Source: a virus
Taxonomy: Duplodnaviria; Caudoviricetes
Length of the DNA: 64,000 bases
Direction: 5' to 3' (one strand)
Virus record (IMG/VR): IMGVR_UViG_3300033076_001247
Coordinates: 1 to 64,000 of that record
Below are positions 35,403 to 44,327 of the stretch, in pieces. The stretch's first letter is position 1. Each line of letters begins with the position of its first letter. The notes under the pieces were generated by a model, which saw nothing but the letters and a program-made list of their open reading frames with translations, ran no database searches and was not told where the DNA came from. Both the position numbers and the translations under genes were made by a program.

Positions 35403-36080
35403 ATGCAGAAGATCAACTTCGTCCGACTCAGCGAGATCGCCAAGTGGCCGAGGAATCCCAAGGATCACGACCTTCCATCCATCGAAGCCAGCATCCGGCG
35501 CTTCGGCTTTATCGACCCGCTGGTGCGTGACGAGAAGACCGGGCGGCTCGTCGCCGGCCACGGTCGCGCCGAGGCGCTTGAGCGGCTCAAGAAGGCGGGC
35601 AAGGACCGTCCGTCGCGGGTCGAAGTCGCGCCCGACGGCGAGTGGCTGGTGCCGGTGCTTGGCGGCGTGTCGTTTGAAAACGAGACCGACGCCGAGGCGT
35701 ACCTCATCGCGTCGAACCGCCTGGTCGAGACCGGCGGCTACGACGACACCCTGCTGCGCGCCATTCTTGCGGACCTGCGGGATGCAGACGCCCTCGGAGG
35801 TACGGGCTTCAGTGAAAAGGAGGTCGACGCTCTCCTCAAAGCCGCCGCGAAGGACGCGCCGACGCTGGCCGAGGGCTTCTCGGACGAGGCCGACGCGACG
35901 ATGGAGGCGCTCGACGGCGAGGACGACGACGTCCGCACGCTGGTACTGACCGTCGAGGCCGACGAGTACCAGGGCTTTGTCTCGCGCCTGCAAGCCGTGA
36001 TGCGGACCTGCAAAGGCGCGTCGTGGACCGATGCCGTCAAGGCGCTCCTCGACCGATGGGAAGCAGAGTCCGATGGGTAG
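35403..36080 (+). CDS. ParB/Srx N-terminal domain protein
   Basis: PRNPK.H...SIRRFGFIDPLV....LVAGHGR. Confidence 0.85.
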   Translation: MQKINFVRLSEIAKWPRNPKDHDLPSIEASIRRFGFIDPLVRDEKTGRLVAGHGRAEALERLKKAGKDRPSRVEVAPDGEWLVPVLGGVSFENETDAEAYLIASNRLVETGGYDDTLLRAILADLRDADALGGTGFSEKEVDALLKAAAKDAPTLAEGFSDEADATMEALDGEDDDVRTLVLTVEADEYQGFVSRLQAVMRTCKGASWTDAVKALLDRWEAESDG

Positions 36081-36591
36081 GAGTCTCATCTTCGCGACCG
36101 AGCTTGAGGCGCGCGCCATCGGCATGGGCCGCATCTCGGACGCCGCTATCGCTCGCACGCTCGGCGTGACGCGGCAGCGCGTCTGGGCCATCCGTCGACG
36201 GTACGGCATCCCCGCGCCCGACACTGATCTTCGTAGCCGGCGGGAGAAGCTGCTCGTTGAGCTGGCGCCGATGTCATCTGTCAGCGACGTCGCGCGCATC
36301 CTGCAACTCCCGCATACGACCGTCGTCGGCATGGGCAAGCGGCTCGGTGTCACGTTCCGCCCGTCGCTGACTCGAGGTCGACCGCCGCGCGTGCGAGAGG
36401 GCGACGTCGTCCGCGCCATCGCCGAGGCGAAGACGCACGCCGGGGCCGCGCGCCTGCTCGGCGTCCACCCGTCGACCATCTCGCAGGCCGTTCGCAAGGC
36501 AAGGCTCGTCGAGCGCGGCCTCGTTCCTCCCGCCATTCGTCGACCACAACTGGTCGTCGTTCCCTTGCCGAACGACCCCAAAACGCCGTAG
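36073..36591 (+). CDS. Multi-HTH DNA-binding protein
   Basis: Three HTH-like units (IARTLGVTRQRV; VARILQLPHTTV; AARLLGVHPSTI). Confidence 0.7.
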   Translation: MGRSLIFATELEARAIGMGRISDAAIARTLGVTRQRVWAIRRRYGIPAPDTDLRSRREKLLVELAPMSSVSDVARILQLPHTTVVGMGKRLGVTFRPSLTRGRPPRVREGDVVRAIAEAKTHAGAARLLGVHPSTISQAVRKARLVERGLVPPAIRRPQLVVVPLPNDPKTP

Positions 36592-36629
36592 GTTGCGCCA
36601 CCGTACAGATATTCACGCTCCGGGGTTCG

Positions 36630-37478
36630 ATGTCACAGCTCTCCTCCGCCCCGTTCCTGCCGACCGCCGAACAGCGGCGCCTCGTCGTCGCATGGCGGGC
36701 CGGTGACGCGCAGGCGCGAGAGCGGCTTATTGTCGGGCTGATCCCGTCTGTGAAGCTCCGCGTGCAGTACTTCGCCGGCCGCAAGCCGATGGACCCGGAA
36801 CTCCGCGAGGACTTGATCTGCGAAGGCACCGTCGGCCTCGTGCAGGGGCTCGAGAAGTACGACGTGAGCCGCCTCGACGACACCGCGCCCTGGTCATACG
36901 CCGCACACTGGGTCGACCTGCGGATCCGCGAGGCGATGGTCCGTCTTATCCCACCCGTCTCGTTCCGAAACTACATGGCCTGGTGGCGCACTGGCTCGGC
37001 GAGGCGCCTCGAGCCGGGCGAGTCGTTCGACGTCGCGAGAGACGAGAACGACGAGCTCCTTGCGCGCCGCCTGCCCTCGCATCAGCGCAGCGCCGACGAC
37101 TTGCTCGAGGACGCTGAGCGTCCCGCAGAGGCGTGGGCCGAGCTCCGAGAGGCGGTCCCGCAGGTTCCGTCCGAGGAATGGGAACTGTTTTCGCTGCGCG
37201 TCCTGCACCGTCTGACGCCCGCGCAGGTCGCCGAGCGGTACGCGCGGACGTGGCCCTACTGGCGCGAGAACGATGTCGACAGGGTCACGAAGCGCGTCCT
37301 CGGCCTGCTGCTCGTCTCGCACGGGCAGGACGCCTCGCCGGCCGCGCTGCTGGCGCGATTCAGAAAGCTGGTTCCCGAGGAAGACGCCCCCGATGCACCG
37401 CCTCCACCCGCACCGACGAGCCTTCGCACATGGTTTCTGACCCCGAGTCCCGAAGCGCCGCCGAAGAAGCGCCGCTGA
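36630..37478 (+). CDS. Phage-encoded sigma70-family factor
   Basis: GDAQARERLI...EDLICEG..GL...EKYD...SYA..W (region 2) plus a region 4-like HTH. Confidence 0.8.
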   Translation: MSQLSSAPFLPTAEQRRLVVAWRAGDAQARERLIVGLIPSVKLRVQYFAGRKPMDPELREDLICEGTVGLVQGLEKYDVSRLDDTAPWSYAAHWVDLRIREAMVRLIPPVSFRNYMAWWRTGSARRLEPGESFDVARDENDELLARRLPSHQRSADDLLEDAERPAEAWAELREAVPQVPSEEWELFSLRVLHRLTPAQVAERYARTWPYWRENDVDRVTKRVLGLLLVSHGQDASPAALLARFRKLVPEEDAPDAPPPPAPTSLRTWFLTPSPEAPPKKRR

Positions 37479-37510
37479 CGCAGCACGTTGGCGGTCTCTG
37501 CCTTGCGGTC

Positions 37511-37687
37511 ATGCTGCTCGACACCGGCTACCAACTCGGGGTGTCCGTTGGGCAGCCAAGTGACCGCGACGTGCGCTGGTACCGTCTCGCCGACGACGCG
37601 ATCCGCGCCGAGGTATGGCGCATGCTCGGCCACCGCATCGAGGTCTGGGCGCGCGGCGGAACCGTGCAGCGCGTGGAGATGCCATGA
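37511..37687 (+). CDS. Hypothetical protein
   Basis: Fills the gap before the next gene; start may be earlier. Confidence 0.4.
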   Translation: MLLDTGYQLGVSVGQPSDRDVRWYRLADDAIRAEVWRMLGHRIEVWARGGTVQRVEMP

Positions 37688-37938
37688 TCGGTTGCCGTGC
37701 CGTCGACAGACAACCTCGCATCTGTGCGTTTGACGGGTGTGACCGCGTCGTCCTAAACCGACTCGGGTTCTGCGTCTCGCATCACGGCATCGCGTGGCCT
37801 TGCTCGTTTGACGCCTCGTGCAAGTACCGATGCGCCGCACACAGTAAGACCCGGCTCTGCCAGGAGCACGCCTGGTACGCCGAGAAGATGCGTCGCGAAG
37901 CGCGAGCGCAACTGCGCGAGAACATCCTCAAGGAGTAG
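37684..37938 (+). CDS. Two-repeat CCCH zinc-finger protein
   Basis: CAFDGC...FCVSH and CSFDASC...LCQEH. Confidence 0.6.
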   Translation: MIGCRAVDRQPRICAFDGCDRVVLNRLGFCVSHHGIAWPCSFDASCKYRCAAHSKTRLCQEHAWYAEKMRREARAQLRENILKE

Positions 37939-37987
37939 GGACTCCATCGACGGGCCGCGCTTTTCTCCGCGCCCGCGTGGAGACTGC

Positions 37988-38641
37988 ATGCACCTCGCCT
38001 CACCGCTTCCCAAAGGCTGCGAGTACCTCGCCGACGTCGCCGAGAAGGCCGGCAAGGACCACGGCGTCTCGCCGTACCTGCTCCTCGGCATCTGTTACGC
38101 AGAGTCGAACTTCGGCCTCGCGCTGAAGCCGCCGGGGCCGGCTGGCTCGGGCGACTACATCGCGCGCCCCGCGACGCCCGACCGGAACACGAAGATGGCC
38201 GCCGCTCCGCTGCCCGGCGTCGAGCGCAAGGTGCTGGCCGACGGCATCAAGGCCCGTAAGCTCGCGGGGCCGGTCGACGCCTGGGTGCCGACGACCACCG
38301 GCTGGGGCTGCGGGCTGATGCAATTCGACTTCGAGGCGCACTTCGAGTTCTGCAAGAGCGGCGCGTGGAAGGAGCCGGCCGCCATCTTCGCGCAGGCGTG
38401 CAAGCTGCTCCTGAGCAACCGCAAGTACCTCGCCGGCAAGCACCCGAAGCTCGACGCCTACGCGCTCTCGCAAGCGTCCATCGCCGCGTACAACGCGGGC
38501 GCGGGCCGTGTTGCAAAGTTCCTCGCCGAGGGAAAGAGCCTCGACGAGGCGACGTTCCACCCCGGCTACGCGAAGAAGATCTGCGACAAGGCCGAGCAGC
38601 TCGCCGGCGCCGCCGGCGTCTGGGCGCAGTGGGGCGCCTGA
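37988..38641 (+). CDS. Lytic transglycosylase/g-type lysozyme (endolysin candidate)
   Basis: LLGICYAES (catalytic Glu), GLMQ, AAYNAG. Confidence 0.85.
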   Translation: MHLASPLPKGCEYLADVAEKAGKDHGVSPYLLLGICYAESNFGLALKPPGPAGSGDYIARPATPDRNTKMAAAPLPGVERKVLADGIKARKLAGPVDAWVPTTTGWGCGLMQFDFEAHFEFCKSGAWKEPAAIFAQACKLLLSNRKYLAGKHPKLDAYALSQASIAAYNAGAGRVAKFLAEGKSLDEATFHPGYAKKICDKAEQLAGAAGVWAQWGA

Positions 38642-38719
38642 CAACCCTCGTCGGTCGCACCTCGACGCCGACGGCCGGTTCCGAGAGGGGCTGGCCGTCT
38701 CTCGTTGACGCCGCGTCGA

Positions 38720-38795
38720 TTTTTTCTTGCCTCTCTCCGTGGCCTGTCGCAATCTCCGCCCACCCCGGCACTGACGCTCGGGCACGGAGATACCG
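38720..38795 (+). promoter_or_regulatory. Promoter-hairpin cassette P3
   Basis: T-tract, TTGCCT-17-CAATCT, hairpin 38764-38782, ACGGAGA SD. Confidence 0.7.
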
Positions 38796-39008
38796 ATGAA
38801 GCGCACTGACCTTCCCCCCGCCCACCTCCTCCCGCTCGTAACCACCGTTGAGCGCGTCTACAGCGAGACGCCGACCTGGCTCATCGCGGTCGGTCTCGCG
38901 GTCCTCATGGCCGCCGTCGCGGCCGTTGGCTGTAGCCAGCAGCGAGACCTCGACAAGCACCAGTGCGAGGCGACCTTCGGCGCGGGCGACGCCCGTTGCG
39001 CGCAGTAG
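38796..39008 (+). CDS. Small membrane protein or lipoprotein
   Basis: Hydrophobic stretch ending AVGC, plus a further Cys pair. Confidence 0.6.
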   Translation: MKRTDLPPAHLLPLVTTVERVYSETPTWLIAVGLAVLMAAVAAVGCSQQRDLDKHQCEATFGAGDARCAQ

Positions 39009-39024
39009 AGAGGAGGCTCCCGAC

Positions 39025-39354
39025 ATGTCAAAGACCAACCTCGGCCAAATCCTCCTCGCCGCCATTCACCTTCGCCTCGACAAGACCGCGCCCGACCTGC
39101 TCGCGTTGACGCCTCCGTGGGCCGCGCTCGGTGACCTTGAGCGCGAGGCGTGGTCCTACGCCGCCGAGCAGATCGCCGCCGGCAACGGACTCGCCGTCCG
39201 CGAGCGCGCCGCCGAGATTCTCGAGGAGTACGCCGCCCGCAGCACGCGCCACGGCTCCGACGAGTGGCTGCTTTTCGGCGAGGCGACCGAGGAGATGCGC
39301 GCCCTGCGCGTTCCCAGCGCCGACGAGCCGATTGTCGACCCGTCCGTCCACTGA
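39025..39354 (+). CDS. Hypothetical protein
   Basis: SD AGGAGG. Confidence 0.65.
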   Translation: MSKTNLGQILLAAIHLRLDKTAPDLLALTPPWAALGDLEREAWSYAAEQIAAGNGLAVRERAAEILEEYAARSTRHGSDEWLLFGEATEEMRALRVPSADEPIVDPSVH

Positions 39355-39387
39355 CCCCCAGCCGCCCGCGAGGGCATCGCGAACCCA

Positions 39388-39603
39388 ATGTCCGAGACCA
39401 CCGAGAACTCCGCCCCTGTCGCTGAGCAGCAGGTCCACCCCGAGGTCGCCCGCGTGTCCGCCATCGTCGCGCAGGCCGCGCAGGCGCTCACGCAGGTGCA
39501 GACCCTGCTCTACGAACTCCCGAAGGTCGTCGGCGGCAACATCCAACTCGCCGCCGAGATCGAGAAGCTCAAGCTCGACGGCGTCAAGGACGTGCAGTCG
39601 TGA
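39388..39603 (+). CDS. Hypothetical protein
   Basis: 71-aa ORF. Confidence 0.6.
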   Translation: MSETTENSAPVAEQQVHPEVARVSAIVAQAAQALTQVQTLLYELPKVVGGNIQLAAEIEKLKLDGVKDVQS

Positions 39604-39657
39604 GCCAGCCCGTCGAACTCCCCTGGGCGCTGCGCGACTGGTGGGCGGGCTCGCGTC

Positions 39658-39915
39658 GTGACTAATCGTCACTGCGACAAATGTCACCGCCCTGTTCACC
39701 TGGCAACGCACGCCTTCACCGGCGCCCGCGTTCCCATCGTCTGCTCGGCGAGCTACCATCCGACGGCGCCGGGCGAGTGGGCGATCTGGTCGACGCCCGA
39801 CGAGCCGCGCATCGACTACACGGCGCCGAGGCTCGTGCTCTCAACGCTGCGACTCAAGCCAGACGCGCACTCGTGGCGCGGCGACCTGCACGAATGCTAC
39901 GAGGGAAAGCGATGA
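39658..39915 (+). CDS. Hypothetical Zn-binding protein
   Basis: CDKC...H.C. Confidence 0.55.
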   Translation: MTNRHCDKCHRPVHLATHAFTGARVPIVCSASYHPTAPGEWAIWSTPDEPRIDYTAPRLVLSTLRLKPDAHSWRGDLHECYEGKR

Positions 39916-40094
39916 ACCAGTCCGCACCGTGGGATGACGCACAGGTTGTCTACGTCACCCAGCACGACGAACAGGCGGCGCCCGACGAGCAGGTCGAGCA
40001 CGACGAGGCGCTGCTCCGCGCCGTGATCCGCGCCATCAAGCGGTCGCCGAAGCTGCACGCCGAGCTCGTTATCGCCCTAGAACACAAGGTCTGA
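39912..40094 (+). CDS. Hypothetical protein
   Basis: ATGA-coupled. Confidence 0.55.
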   Translation: MNQSAPWDDAQVVYVTQHDEQAAPDEQVEHDEALLRAVIRAIKRSPKLHAELVIALEHKV

Positions 40095-40134
40095 CGGTCC
40101 CCCCGCCGTCAGAACAGAGAGTCCCATCTCTCCG

Positions 40135-40172
40135 AGCGAGCCCGCCGGCCATCCGGCGGGCTCGCTTGTTTT
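40135..40172. terminator. Terminator between convergent transcription units
   Basis: AGCGAGCCCGCCGG-CCAT-CCGGCGGGCTCGCT-TGTTTT. Confidence 0.8.
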
Positions 40173-40177
40173 CTTCG

Positions 40178-41281
40178 TCAGACGCGCACGGGCATGATGA
40201 CCGACAGCGTCTTCGCGCTCGCGACCGTCTCGCCGTGCGGCAGCACGAGAATCGGCTCTTCCTTCGCCACGAGGCGCAGGTCGACCGCCTCGCCGCCGAT
40301 GGCCTTCACCGCCTCGCGCAAGTAGCCGGGGTTCAGTCCGATGTCGCTCTCGGTGTCCTTGCCGACGACCGCCGCGTCGTGCGTGACGACGAGCTCGCCG
40401 AGGTCGGGTTCTCGAGCCGCGAGTGTGATCGACTGCCCGGCGACCGTCGCCTGGACGCGCAGCGACGTCCCGCCGATAGCCCGCGCCTGCTCAGTCGTCT
40501 CGACCAGAAGGCCGCTGTCGACCGTGACCGTCTGGCCCTCGCCGACTGCCTCGACCACGCTGCGCCAGTCGGGGTGCTGTCCGTCGATGAGGCGCATCAC
40601 GAGCGCCTGGCTGTCGTCGGCGTAGTGGATCGCGTTCGCCTCGAACGTGAATCGACCTTCGGCTCGAGCGCAAGCGCGGAGCATCTTCGTCGCGTCGCCG
40701 GCCACAATGACCTGCGCGTCCTCGCCGAGCGTCAGCCCGACCGGCCACGCCGTGCGCGTGAGCGCCAGCCGGTGCCCGTCGGTCGCCATCAACGCGAGCC
40801 GGTCGCCGTCGCGGGACAGACTCACACCACACAGGGCATACCGCGTCTCGTCATGGCCCACCGCGTGAGCGACCTTCTCAAAGGCCGTCGAGAGCCGGTC
40901 CCACTGCGGGCACAGGTCGTCTGCCTTGCAGGGCACCGAGATGGCCGCGCTGTCGGCGTCGATGAGAGGCACTGCGAACCGAGCAGCTCCGCTCTGAACC
41001 GTCAGGCGCCGGGCCAGAGACGGGCAATCAAGGCTCGTCGTGTCCCCGTGCAGCGCGCCGACCACCGCCGCGAAGTGACGCAGCGGGACGACGGCCTGCA
41101 ACGTCGAGATGCCGCCCGAGACGCCGAGCCGCCGCTCGTACCAGTCGCCGATCACGTTGACGCTCACGCGCAGCGTGTCGCCGTAGCCCTCGAGGCGGAC
41201 CTGCGTCGTCCCGTCCGTCCGTCCCACGCGCAGCCCGAGGGCGAGCGCCTCCTGCAACTCTTCCGTCCGAACCTTCGTCAT
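40178..41281 (-). CDS. dnaN: DNA polymerase III beta sliding clamp
   Basis: DETRYALCGV, ATDGHRLA, RLIDG..PD...V, N..YL.EA, VIMPVR. Confidence 0.9.
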   Translation of the reverse strand: MTKVRTEELQEALALGLRVGRTDGTTQVRLEGYGDTLRVSVNVIGDWYERRLGVSGGISTLQAVVPLRHFAAVVGALHGDTTSLDCPSLARRLTVQSGAARFAVPLIDADSAAISVPCKADDLCPQWDRLSTAFEKVAHAVGHDETRYALCGVSLSRDGDRLALMATDGHRLALTRTAWPVGLTLGEDAQVIVAGDATKMLRACARAEGRFTFEANAIHYADDSQALVMRLIDGQHPDWRSVVEAVGEGQTVTVDSGLLVETTEQARAIGGTSLRVQATVAGQSITLAAREPDLGELVVTHDAAVVGKDTESDIGLNPGYLREAVKAIGGEAVDLRLVAKEEPILVLPHGETVASAKTLSVIMPVRV

Positions 41282-42648
41282 TCGCTGTCTCCCAGGTGCT
41301 CCACGCGCACCTCGTAACCCTCGGCCTGATATGCGAGGCGTCGAGCGCGCGCGTGCGCCTCAAGCCATCGCTGGCCCCTGTCGTTGAACTCCCACACCAC
41401 GCAGGAGCTCTTCCCCTCCGCCTTTCGCAGCCCGCGCCCGACGCGCTGAATGGCCGCGATGGTCGACTGTCCGCCGGCCGCAATGACGACCGACCGAAGC
41501 GCCGGAATATCGACGCCCTCTTGAAAGATGACCGAGCAGACGAGGACGTCGATGCGCCCTTCGACAAGCTGTGCGATGGCGGCCTCTCGCTGCTCGGTCG
41601 TGTGCGCCCCGTGAACGTAGGCTGCTCGGATGCCGGCGCGGGCGAAGGCGCGCATCAAGACCTGCCCGTGCTCGACCGCCTGGACGAAGACGAGCGCGGG
41701 CTTCTCGGAGCGCCGCACGGCCTCGACGACGAGCGCGTTGCGCCGCGCCGAATGCACGACGAGCCGGTCATAGACCGTCGGCCACGTCGCGTCGTCGAGC
41801 TCGTCCTGCCAGCAGTCCGCCATGAGGATGAGCGGCTTCGCGAGCACCTCGCGCTCGACGAGCACCTCGGGCCGCATGCGGTAGATGACGGGGCCGGTCG
41901 CACCGACGACGAGCGAGGACTTCCGGTCGCCTCGAGCGAGCGGCGTTCCCGACAGGCCGATGCGATAGCGGGCGTTCGTCGCGACGCCCATCACCGTCGT
42001 GAAGGTCGACGCCGCGAGAGCGTGCGCCTCGTCAACGATGACGCCGTCGACCGCCTCGAGCAGCGCCCGCGCCTCGGCGTCGCCGTTCGCGAGGCGAGCC
42101 GCGAGCGTCTGGAAGGTCGCGACTGTGAACCGACGGGGACGCCACCCGCTCTCGCCGACCTTGCCTGCGGTCTCGCCCGTGAACCTCTTGAACGACTCGG
42201 CGGTCTGGTTGAGCAACGACAGCCGGTGAACGAGGAACAGCCAGCGGGCCGTCGGAAACGAGGCAACGATGCTCGAAGCGGTCGAGGTTTTCCCAGATGC
42301 GGTCGGGAGCCAGAGGATGCCGCGCTCGCGGGCGCAAACGGCCTCCAAAGCGGCTCGCTGGTAGTCGCGCAGCCAAGACACGTCGACGCTCTCGTCGCGC
42401 GCCGGCGAGGCCGGGCGGAGGTCGAGGACATCGAGCGTGCGGAGCTCCTTCGACGCCCGCGACTGGACGATGGGCAGGAAGCCGCTTGGGAACTCGCCGG
42501 CGGTCTCGTCCAGCAAGCACATCGGCCGCTCGACGCCGGTCGCCCCGACTGTGCGGAACGTGAGGAGTTGCCGCAACCAGTCGCGCTCGTAGTCGTCCGC
42601 TCGGACGATGCGGCACGACACGTTGCGGAACTCGACCTGCACGCGCAC
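41278..42648 (-). CDS. Superfamily 2 (DEAH-like) helicase
   Basis: LRDYQ, PTASGKT, VDEAH, LSGTP, EGVDIP, QRVGRGLR. Confidence 0.9.
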   Translation of the reverse strand: MRVQVEFRNVSCRIVRADDYERDWLRQLLTFRTVGATGVERPMCLLDETAGEFPSGFLPIVQSRASKELRTLDVLDLRPASPARDESVDVSWLRDYQRAALEAVCARERGILWLPTASGKTSTASSIVASFPTARWLFLVHRLSLLNQTAESFKRFTGETAGKVGESGWRPRRFTVATFQTLAARLANGDAEARALLEAVDGVIVDEAHALAASTFTTVMGVATNARYRIGLSGTPLARGDRKSSLVVGATGPVIYRMRPEVLVEREVLAKPLILMADCWQDELDDATWPTVYDRLVVHSARRNALVVEAVRRSEKPALVFVQAVEHGQVLMRAFARAGIRAAYVHGAHTTEQREAAIAQLVEGRIDVLVCSVIFQEGVDIPALRSVVIAAGGQSTIAAIQRVGRGLRKAEGKSSCVVWEFNDRGQRWLEAHARARRLAYQAEGYEVRVEHLGDSE

Positions 42649-42723
42649 CCCTGTCGGAAGACGCGCACGGTACGCGAAACGCTACCGCGTGACAACGGCA
42701 ACGCGCGGTGCGATGGTGACCGA

Positions 42724-43161
42724 ATGGGCGGACGAGCGGCAAGGACCAAGGGTCACGGTTTCGAGCGCGAGGTCGCGCAGTGGCTTCGCGAGAAAGTCGG
42801 CATTGAGGCGAAGCGCGGCCTGTCGCAACCTCGAGGCGGAACCGCCGAGGAGCCCGACGTTCTCACGCCCGGCGGGTGGCCGCTCTGGCTCGAGCTCAAG
42901 CGCGGGAAGAAGACCGACAGCCGCGCCGCCCTGCGCCAGGCTCGCAACGCCATCGCGAGCTCGGGCGCCGACTGCTGGCCCGTCGCCATCTGTCGCGACG
43001 ACCAGGAAGAGGCGACGGCGATGATGCCGCTCGAGCTGCTCGGCCTGCTGTTGCTTCTTTGGGACCGCCGAGCCCCGAGCGCCATCGGCTACGTTGTCGA
43101 GGCGCCCAAGGCCCGCAAGCCTCGCAAGCCGAAGCCGGTCAGTCCTGCTCCGGCGGAGTAG
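42724..43161 (+). CDS. Hjc-type Holliday junction resolvase
   Basis: RTKG..FEREVA...PD....LELKR. Confidence 0.8.
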   Translation: MGGRAARTKGHGFEREVAQWLREKVGIEAKRGLSQPRGGTAEEPDVLTPGGWPLWLELKRGKKTDSRAALRQARNAIASSGADCWPVAICRDDQEEATAMMPLELLGLLLLLWDRRAPSAIGYVVEAPKARKPRKPKPVSPAPAE

Positions 43162-43330
43162 ACGCCGCGTCGCGCTCGGCCTTCGCTTGCGCCACGCGAG
43201 CGCGGAATGACGCGCCAACGTCGGGCTGCGGCGTCTTGCGGACGAACGACGTTGCCGCCGCCCAAGCCGCAGCAAGCATCCCAACGATGCCGGTCCCGAT
43301 GAACAGCGCGAAGTCCTTGAGCGACCTCAC
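43139..43330 (-). CDS. Small membrane protein
   Basis: Single transmembrane helix; GTGA-coupled. Confidence 0.5.
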   Translation of the reverse strand: MRSLKDFALFIGTGIVGMLAAAWAAATSFVRKTPQPDVGASFRARVAQAKAERDAASTPPEQD

Positions 43331-43545
43331 GACTTCTTTCCGCCCTTCGCGAACTTGACCGCCTGCACGGCCTTGTCGCCGTTCAACGCGACGGCATTGA
43401 GGCCAGCCGCGACGGTCAGCAGCCAGGGCGCGACCGAGTCGCCCGCCGCCTGCGTGTTGCGGATGCGCTGGTTGAGCACGCTGGCCGCAAGCGACGCGAC
43501 CGGAACGACGATGCCGGCGAGGTTGATGATTCCGTCGAGGGTCAT
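43327..43545 (-). CDS. Holin-like membrane protein
   Basis: 72 aa, two hydrophobic segments, basic C-terminus. Confidence 0.5.
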   Translation of the reverse strand: MTLDGIINLAGIVVPVASLAASVLNQRIRNTQAAGDSVAPWLLTVAAGLNAVALNGDKAVQAVKFAKGGKKS

Positions 43546-44327
43546 GCCTTCCCTTTCTTGAGCGCGACCTGCGCCTTCTGGAACGCCTTAAGCGCCTTCT
43601 CAAGCTTGCCGACCCGCTTCTCGACGTCGTCGCCGCCGACCGCGAGCGAGCCCTGCTGCTCACCCTTGCCGGCGAGCTCATCGACACGGGCCAACAGGCC
43701 GGCCGCCTGCGACTCGACCGAGGCGACCTTGAGCGCGAGCTCGTCGCGGGCGATCTTGCAGTCGGCGTGCTGGCTCGCCTGCTGTTCGAGCTTTTTCTCT
43801 TCGAGCTCGGCCTGTTTTGCCTCGCGTTCGCGCTTGGCTTCCATCCAGCCGGGGCCGAACCTCCACGCGATGGCGCCGGCCATGACGATAAGGGCGAGGA
43901 GCACCGTCAGCACGCTTGCGCTGCCGTCCTTCGGGATGAGCGCCATGATGTCGGGCGGCACGTCGTGCGGCACGGCAACGGTCGCCGTTGTCACGGCCGG
44001 CACAGGGGCAAGAGCGGGCGGAGCGACCTCGGGCGGCTTGATCTCTTCCATCGGCTTCTCCTTCGGAGCAGATCGCGCTGCCCAGTGTTTGCGGTGCGCG
44101 GCCTTCCATTCGGGCGTGTCGCGGTGCTCGCACCTGTAGTCGCGCACCTCGGCGTCCATCGGATGCCCGTACTCGTCAACGAGTTGCTCTTGCGCGACCC
44201 ATCCGCGCAGCCCTTCGGGCAGCGCACACGGTGGCTCGTCGGGTCGCAGGTCCGACAAGCGCGCGTACCCCTGCTCGTCGAGCGGCCACGCGCAAGGCGC
44301 CAGGGTCGTCGTGTCAGTAAATGACAT
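43542..44327 (-). CDS. Membrane-anchored coiled-coil protein (spanin-like?)
   Basis: One transmembrane helix followed by a long coiled coil. Confidence 0.5.
   Translation of the reverse strand: MSFTDTTTLAPCAWPLDEQGYARLSDLRPDEPPCALPEGLRGWVAQEQLVDEYGHPMDAEVRDYRCEHRDTPEWKAAHRKHWAARSAPKEKPMEEIKPPEVAPPALAPVPAVTTATVAVPHDVPPDIMALIPKDGSASVLTVLLALIVMAGAIAWRFGPGWMEAKREREAKQAELEEKKLEQQASQHADCKIARDELALKVASVESQAAGLLARVDELAGKGEQQGSLAVGGDDVEKRVGKLEKALKAFQKAQVALKKGKA

Noticed and set aside
41296-42723. 621-aa plus-strand ORF
   Set aside because: Only the last 145 codons (resolvase) are credible; the rest is antisense to the helicase gene.
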